From: the human T2T-CHM13v2.0 reference genome, Homo sapiens
Direction: 5' to 3' (one strand)
DNA: 64,000 bases
Assembly: GCF_009914755.1 (NCBI RefSeq)
Contig: NC_060925.1
Shown in pieces: positions 56,372 through 64,000 of this stretch (position 1 is its first letter; each line of letters begins with the position of its first letter). The translations under genes and the position numbers were made by a program. The notes beneath the pieces are model-generated. The model saw only the letters and a program-made list of their open reading frames with translations. It did not search any database and had not been told where the DNA came from.

Positions 56372-57660
56372 CTATAGATTCAACACAATCCAAATAAAAA
56401 TCCCAATATGTTATTTATGGATATTAACAAACATTTGAAAGTTTGTCTGAGAGGCAAAAGACCCAGAATAGTCAGCACAATATTGAAGGAGAAGAATGAA
56501 GTCAGAGGATGACCCTACCCAACTTCAAGACTTCCTATAAAGCTACAGTAATTGAGTATGGTAATGGTGAAATAGTAGACAAATAGGTCAACAGAACAGA
56601 ATAGGGCACCCAGAAGCAGACCCATACAATATAGTCAACTGATCTTTGACAAAGGAGGAAAGGCAATTAAATGGAGAAAATCAACAAATAATACTGGAAC
56701 AACTGGGCATCCACATGCCAAAAACAAAAGAATCTAGACATAGACTCTATGTTTTTCACAAAAAGCATCTCAAAATGGACTATAGACCTACATGTAAAAT
56801 GTAAAACTATAAACCTCCCAGAAATGAACATAGAAGGAAGTTTTAGGTGACCTTGGGCTTGGCATCACAAAAAGCACTATCCATGAAGGAAAAAGTTGAT
56901 AAATTAGACTTTATTAGCATTTCTCTGTGAAAGACATTGTTAAGATAATAAAAAGACGAGCCACAGACTGGGAGAAAATCTTTGCAAAACACGTATCTGA
57001 TAAAGCACTGTTGTCCAAAATATACAAAGAACTCCTAAAACAACTACGATGTCCTTCAGTAGGCAAATGGATAAGCAAACTGTGGTCTATCCATACAATG
57101 GAATATTATTCAGCACTAAAAAGGAATGAGCTATTGAGCTATCAAGCCATGAAATGGAGGAACCCTAAGTGTGTATTGCTAAGTGAAAGAAGCCAGTCTG
57201 GAAAGGTCACATATGCTTCCGATTATATGACATTTTGGAAAAGGCAAAACTATGGAGAAAGTAAAAAGAACCATGGTTGCTACGTGTTTAGGATGGAGCA
57301 CAGGAAATTTTTAGGGCCATGAAACTATTCTATATTAAACTGTAAAGGTGTATATATGTCATTACACATTTGCCAAAACTCATAGAATGTACAACACAAA
57401 GAACTAACCCTAATGCAAACTATGGGCTTTGGGGTAATAATTATGTCAGTATAGGGCCATCAATTGTAACAAATGTACCACTCTGATGTGGGATGTAGTT
57501 AATGGTTGCGGGGAGGCTGTGTGTGAGGGAGGATGAAGGGATATGTGGGAACTCTGTACTTTCCCCTCAATTTTGTTATGAACCTATAACTATTTTAAAG
57601 GTCTATCTTTTTAAAAAATTAGAAAAGCTTATTCTGTTTTTTATTTTTAATAGAAAAGTC

Positions 57661-57984
<324 letters not shown>

Positions 57985-58104
57985 TCAACATCTGGCATTC
58001 CCAGACTGTGGCAGTTTTGTGACTATTGAGCTGATGGGTCCATCTAAGGAGACCAGATGTTGTTAGTTGGCTGTTTCTGAGCCCAATAGAGCCAAAGATT
58101 ATAT

Positions 58105-58200
58105 ATAGTCAATTCTCATTATTTGCCGTAGTTTTGTTCTATATATAGCTGCAGTGAACACTGAATTAGTGAATATTGACCCAGTGTTCCTAGGGGAAAT
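58105..58200. mobile_element. MER82/Tigger-type fragment
   Basis: TTCTCATTATTTG...GAACACTGAATTAGTGAATATTGA...CCTAGGGGAAATA. Confidence 0.55.
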
Positions 58201-60490
58201 ATGTGTGTGTGTGTACCTATATGTCACATAGATTATAGTCTTAAATCCTAAAACAGTGCACTCTGGTAGGTTCCATTTTCTTTATTTTGCATTCCCTAAT
58301 ACTCTCTCAAAAGGAGAATGAGTATTGACTGCCCTATACAATATGCTTTTATGTTTTTTTTTTAACAGTAGAGTTAAAAGCAAAATATTTTATATATTCA
58401 CATATCTGCCAAAAAATGAAAAACAAATAATGGGCTGAAAGGATGAGTGATTTTAAGGGGAAGATTTCCTCATACTAGCTAGAACCTCTCGTCACGTCTG
58501 GCCCCTGTGAGCCTCTGAATGTGTGCTCCCTGGCTGAGCAGCTGATACACCCAGCTGACTCTGCCTGGGCTGCTCCCCATGACTGCCTCCTGTCCCGCCA
58601 TTGCACTGGCTGGGACATGTAGAGAAGTTGAGCCAGAACAGGATCCTGGGGAACAGTTTCCTATGGTCACGCCAGGCTCAGAGCTGGAGCAGCAGATGCT
58701 CATAGCTCACCTGTCTGCCTGGGCAAGCATGCAAAAATGTGATCCAGGGAGGCCTGGATTCCAATGGGGACACATAGCAACTTACGGGTACACATGAGTC
58801 CTGGCTCTGCTAATCAACCAGCTGAGTGGCCTTGGACAAGTTACTTAGTCTCTCTGCCCCCTCAATTTCCTCATCTATAAAACGGATGATATGAATCCTT
58901 ACCTCATGGAACTCCCATAAGGATTGGAAGTTGTTATTCTCACGGCATTTAGAACAGACCATGGTGCTTGTAAGGGCAGTGGTGTTTGTTGAAGTGCTGC
59001 TGTTTGCTGTGTGATGAAAGGACCTGCAGCCTTGGCATGGCCCAGGGCATTAGAGAGCCAAAGTCATGGGTCCCACCCACAAATCAGAATCTCTGAGGTA
59101 GGCCCAACAACCTGTTTTAGCAAGGCCTCCAGGTGCTTCTGATACACGTTCGCTTCAGAAGCTCTGTTAAGACATTCTTACATGGGAAATACTTGTTTGG
59201 AAGAGATGTAAGGCAAAAATCAGGTGTAGTTACAGTGCCATATATAAGAGCACAGAATTTGTAAGTAAATAACTGAAGATAATCATAGTTTAGTGAAGTG
59301 TGTGTGTGTGATTTGATTCCACCCTACAGGTCAGGCCAGACTAGACTCTCCAGCCCACCACTTTCAAAGGGCAGGGTGCCCTGGGGGCTGGCATGGAACC
59401 CAGAACAGGGTATTGCAGAACAAGGAGCCAGGCACACACATGCCCCTAAGAACGTCAGTACCTTCCCACCTAGATAAGGAGAAAAGAAGGGACTCCAGCC
59501 CAGCTGGCCCTGGGGCTTTGCAGTCTAACTCCCAGGTCTTCTCTCCACTGCCCAGGAGCCTGGAGAGCTTTGGAAAAAGCAGGAGGCTCAGCCCATTCAT
59601 TCCTGGACAGGGACAGGGAGGAGCACACCAGGGCTCCCAAAGGTAGGGGTCAGGGAGAGGTGCGGAGAAGGTATTACCCCGATGTTAGGCCAGCAGTTTC
59701 ATAACAAACAAACTCGGGGCTCAAGCTGTGAGTTAATCAAAACTTTGAAAAGAAAACCTTCCCTTCAGGAGCTTCAGACACAAGGAATGAAAACAACCAG
59801 GCTGGCTGTAAAATGAAAGCAGCACCGAAATGGGGATGAAAGGAAGCCAGACACTCGGGGGTTGGACAAAAGCAATAAGGCCAAAGGAATTGTGCTGAGG
59901 GGCAGTACAGGCCTGTGGGCCTCTGATCCCATGTGTCTTGACCTCTTCCACCCTACACCCCTGTCCCACACCCACTCTCCCACTGCTGTGGGCATGATCA
60001 CATCACCAGTGGCCTCCTTGCTCCAGACTTGGGACTCAATCTGGCTTCTCTTCCATTCTATCCCTACTTTGTGACCTTCCAGCTCCCACCTCAACCTCCT
60101 TTTTCCCCATGCAGTCCAGAGACCCCTGCAGCAGCCACAGGAGCACGGGCAGATCAGCAGGGACTGGGCTGCTACCCTCCCAGGCCACAACAGCAAATGT
60201 CCACCTGGGAGCTGAGAGTGGAGGCAGGGGAGGTGATTATCTGTTCTGACTCACTCTGGGCCTGCCCTGCCCAGCACTGTAGCCACTGCCACATGTGGCT
60301 ACTGAGCACTTGAAACACAGTCAGTCTAAGCAGAAATGTGCTGCAAGTCTAATATGAACCAGACTTGGAAGACTTAATATGAAAAGCAAAGTGTAAAATA
60401 TCTCATTAATAATTGTTATTTATGATATTTTGTAGTTATAATATTTTGGGTACATTGGTTTAAATAAAATACATTATTAAAATTAATCTT

Positions 60491-60819
<329 letters not shown>

Positions 60820-61699
60820 TTAATCTTACTGGTTTCTTTTTTTACTTTTTAATGTGACTACTGAAAGATTTAAAACCACACATGTGGTTTGCATTATATG
60901 TCTGTGGGACGATGTGGCACTGGAACATCTCCCTTTGAGCTTTGCTGGACATTTCTACCCACACTCATCCCCTAGCAGTACCTCCTGCTGGGCACTGGGG
61001 CTTAACTATCTTGGGGAGCATGTCTCCTGAGGCCCCCAAAGGCTCATGCTAGTCTCCAGCTCAGTGCCAAGTAACAAAGAAAATGGCTCCTGGCGACCAG
61101 CCAAGCTGGCTGGGAGGTGTCAGTTGGTTCGCCAGGGCCTGATACCCACCAAATAACCCTGCTAGGGCCTACTGACCAGACAGGGCCCTTCCTGTCTCGC
61201 AGGCGTTTGACTCAACTACAGGCATCTTCTCTAGGCCTACTTGTTGCTGGAGAGGCAACAGTCCAGGTATGATGGGTCCCTTCCAGAGCAGGGGCAAGAG
61301 TCCTGGGGCACCTCTTTGCCTCCCTCTTCCCTTCCCTAAGCATAGGCCTGTTTGAGAGAGCGGCTCCTGCCCCTGCCCTTCACAGCCTTGAGGGAGCCAA
61401 GGTCCCAGCTTGCCATGGCTCACTTGGATGGGGTTCTCTCTGCCAGGCATGTCAACAGCAGGCTTAGAACCCTGGCATCCCAGCTCTCCATCCCAGAGCA
61501 GGAAGCAGAAGCCACATGTGATGAACTAAATAGAAGGAAAAAGGGAAGTAGGTGGAGGGTAGGGGGGCTGTTTTGCAGCCCCTGCTGTGTCACTGGGCAG
61601 TCGGGTGCCCCTGCACAGGTTCCTTCACCTCTGCAGCTTTGGCTGTAAAATGAGGGGTATTGGAGTGTCAACGGAGCAGAATTTGGAAAATTCACAGGC

Positions 61700-61860
61700 T
61701 TTTAGGGCTAACAAATTTAGGTTCAAATTCCTGCCTTGTCATTGACTGATGTGTGTGACCTTGGGCAAGTTAACTAACCTCTCTGAGCCTCTGTCTCCTC
61801 ATCTATATAACTGGCACAATAACCTATAACTCACAGGTGTCCCTAGGATTAAATAAAAAA
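61700..61860 (+). mobile_element. MIR
   Basis: GGTTCAAATTCC...TGTGACCTTGGGCAAGTTAACTAACCTCTCTGAGCCTC..CTCATCTATA. Confidence 0.75.
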
Positions 61861-64000
61861 GGGTGAGCATCCAATATGTTGTTGCCCTATGAATCCTGGG
61901 AACTAATGAACAGCAGATCAGGGCTGGCTGTCTGGGCAGCCAGATGCCCCAGGAGCCTATGTCCTGGGCTCTAACTTGGCCTGGGAAGGGCACCCCCCAG
62001 GGCTCTCCAGCATCACAATGATGATGGCTCACACTCCCAGGGTGGCTCTCCATTTCATAGCCACCCCACCCAGCACACCCCAAAGCACAACCTGAGGCCC
62101 CACCTAAGAGAGATAGGGTCTTCTCTCCCCTCAGGATCCATTTGCCCTCTTCGTGTTGCTTTCCACGGGCTCCCAAGTCTCCTGCCTGTACCCCCTCATC
62201 ACAGGCCCACAGACTGAGGGCTCAGTCTCCTGCCCACAAACACAGGCTCATGCCGCAAATGTGGATGACCACAAAATGCTTGAACATATGTGCACCTTTA
62301 CATGTATGCACATCAGCATTCACATGTTTTCTCATGACAGATCTCAGTAAGCACTCTAGGTGGGCTATACACACATGTGTGCAAACGCTTACACACAAAG
62401 CCATGCCATGCCCTTAGCAGACCTGGCACCGGCAAGGTTGAAGGCTACACTGGGCCCTTGGAGAGCTGCCCAGGTATGCTGCTCCCAGCTTTATCTGAAG
62501 AGCTGCCCCCAGGTGTGCTGGTCCTGGCAGGGCCTGGGGAAGGGGCTGTGTGCTCCTGGCAGGGTCACGTAGGTATAGAAGGGACAGGCTGGGAGAGAGC
62601 TGATGGTCTGAGGAAACACAGAGAGGGGGATTACAGGTCTTTGCTCCAAGACAGGGCAGCAAAAGTAGTGTCAAGACTGGAAGTCTTGCAAATCACACCA
62701 AGATAAAACAGACCATCTTATTCTTTGTGTAGCCTCTGAACCGGGTCTCTAGAGTCAGGTGGTTGGCAGAAAAGTCTCTGGGATCAGATAGATCTTTGAG
62801 TGCTCCCTCTGCCCATTAACGCAATCTTGGGCAAATGACTTAACCTCTCTGAGCCCCAATTTCCTCCTCAGTGAAACAGGAATAAGAAAACCAAATATAT
62901 AGCAAATGAGTATTCCTAACATCCCAAAGCCTATCAGATGCGCCTGTTTCACATTCTCATGGCGTTTGTACATTCTCGCACACATTTACATGCATAATTT
63001 ATTTCTGACTCACCCATTAGGCTGAGCTCCTACCCCACCCCACCCAGGGCTCTGTGGAAATAGATCTGTTTTGCTCATCATTATAGCCCCAGCGTCTAGC
63101 ACAGTTCCTGGAGCTTAGTAGGTGCTCATGGACCAAGAGAGTAGCATATAATTCAGCAGCATAGCACAAGACAGACCTGGATGCAGTCGGTGATGGCTGC
63201 TATTATTGTCATTATTAGAGAGGTGCTGCTCTCTGAGAATTATTTCCACACCCTCACCTCCCACAATCAGTTCTCCTCGACTGCCTCTTCCTTGCATCTA
63301 AGCTCTTCCTATGGGTGACCCAAATGCCCCCAGTAGCAAAGCTAGCCCACTTCCTTTCATTTTTGCCCTGGGACAGATGAGGAGCAGTTTCTACACTTTC
63401 AGGGCTTAAAGACCCCATTGAGGTCCTCCCTAAGTCTCTTTCTTTCCAGAGATTAAAAACTTCTCAAATTCTTTTATTCCTTCCTTACAAAACATGTCCC
63501 ATGCTTCTTCAATTACCCTGTGGTTTCTCTGGAGGTTTTAAGATCAGTAGCCATAAGCTCCCCTCTCCCCAGGTGCCCAGAAACCAAAGGGCCTTCAGCC
63601 CACAGGAGATGTGTTATTGGGTTCCCCTAGTTCCCAGCCCAGTCTGATGCTCCTGGCTCTGTCCAGAGGCCACAAGCCCACAGGACACCCCAGCCCGCCT
63701 CCAGCTTATTGGAAGTTCTCCTGTGCCCCAACCTGCTCAGTCTGGTCCCCACTTTTAAGGCAGAGTGTCTAGAGTTGTATGAGATCAAATCGGACAATCT
63801 TAGAGCCAAAACAGACCAACCTTGCTCCTTGTATAAACTCAGAAACTGAGACCCACAGATGTCAAGTTCATGGGACTAGTTTTGGCAGTGCTGCTTCAGG
63901 ACTGGAGAGATGGCCTCAACCAGCTGGGACACAGAACAGCCTGGAGGCCCTGCCGCCAGTTCTGCCCTCCCTTCTTGCTTGAACCCATCTCACAGACCCT

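Noticed and set aside
58620-58740. ELEQQMLIAHLS, vaguely like ETNK2 exon 4 (LERELAWLKEHLS)
   Set aside because: No CHNDL motif, no matching splice sites and no exon 3 found.

Overview
Primate (human/ape-type) genomic DNA: no intact protein-coding gene, dense in Alu, L1, L2, MIR, MaLR LTR and DNA-transposon relics. The main signal is a decayed, unprocessed (intron-containing) second copy of the renin-ETNK2 gene pair on the + strand. The renin (REN-like) pseudogene at ~33.3-44.2 kb has a recognisable proximal promoter, 9 of 10 exons including the 9-bp micro-exon, a 3'UTR and a poly(A) signal. It is followed ~2.3 kb downstream by exons 1-2 of an ETNK2-like pseudogene (~46.5-48.8 kb), the same order and orientation as the functional REN-ETNK2 locus. 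Both catalytic aspartates are lost, exon 3 is split by an old MLT1A-type LTR, and the residues resemble non-primate mammalian renin more than human renin, suggesting an ancient eutherian duplication. Also present: a micro L1 insertion with a 3' transduction, an L1-in-THE1-in-Alu nest, a long old L1M and a MADE1 MITE. All homology calls are from recalled sequences, not database searches; the genomic location cannot be determined from the window alone.
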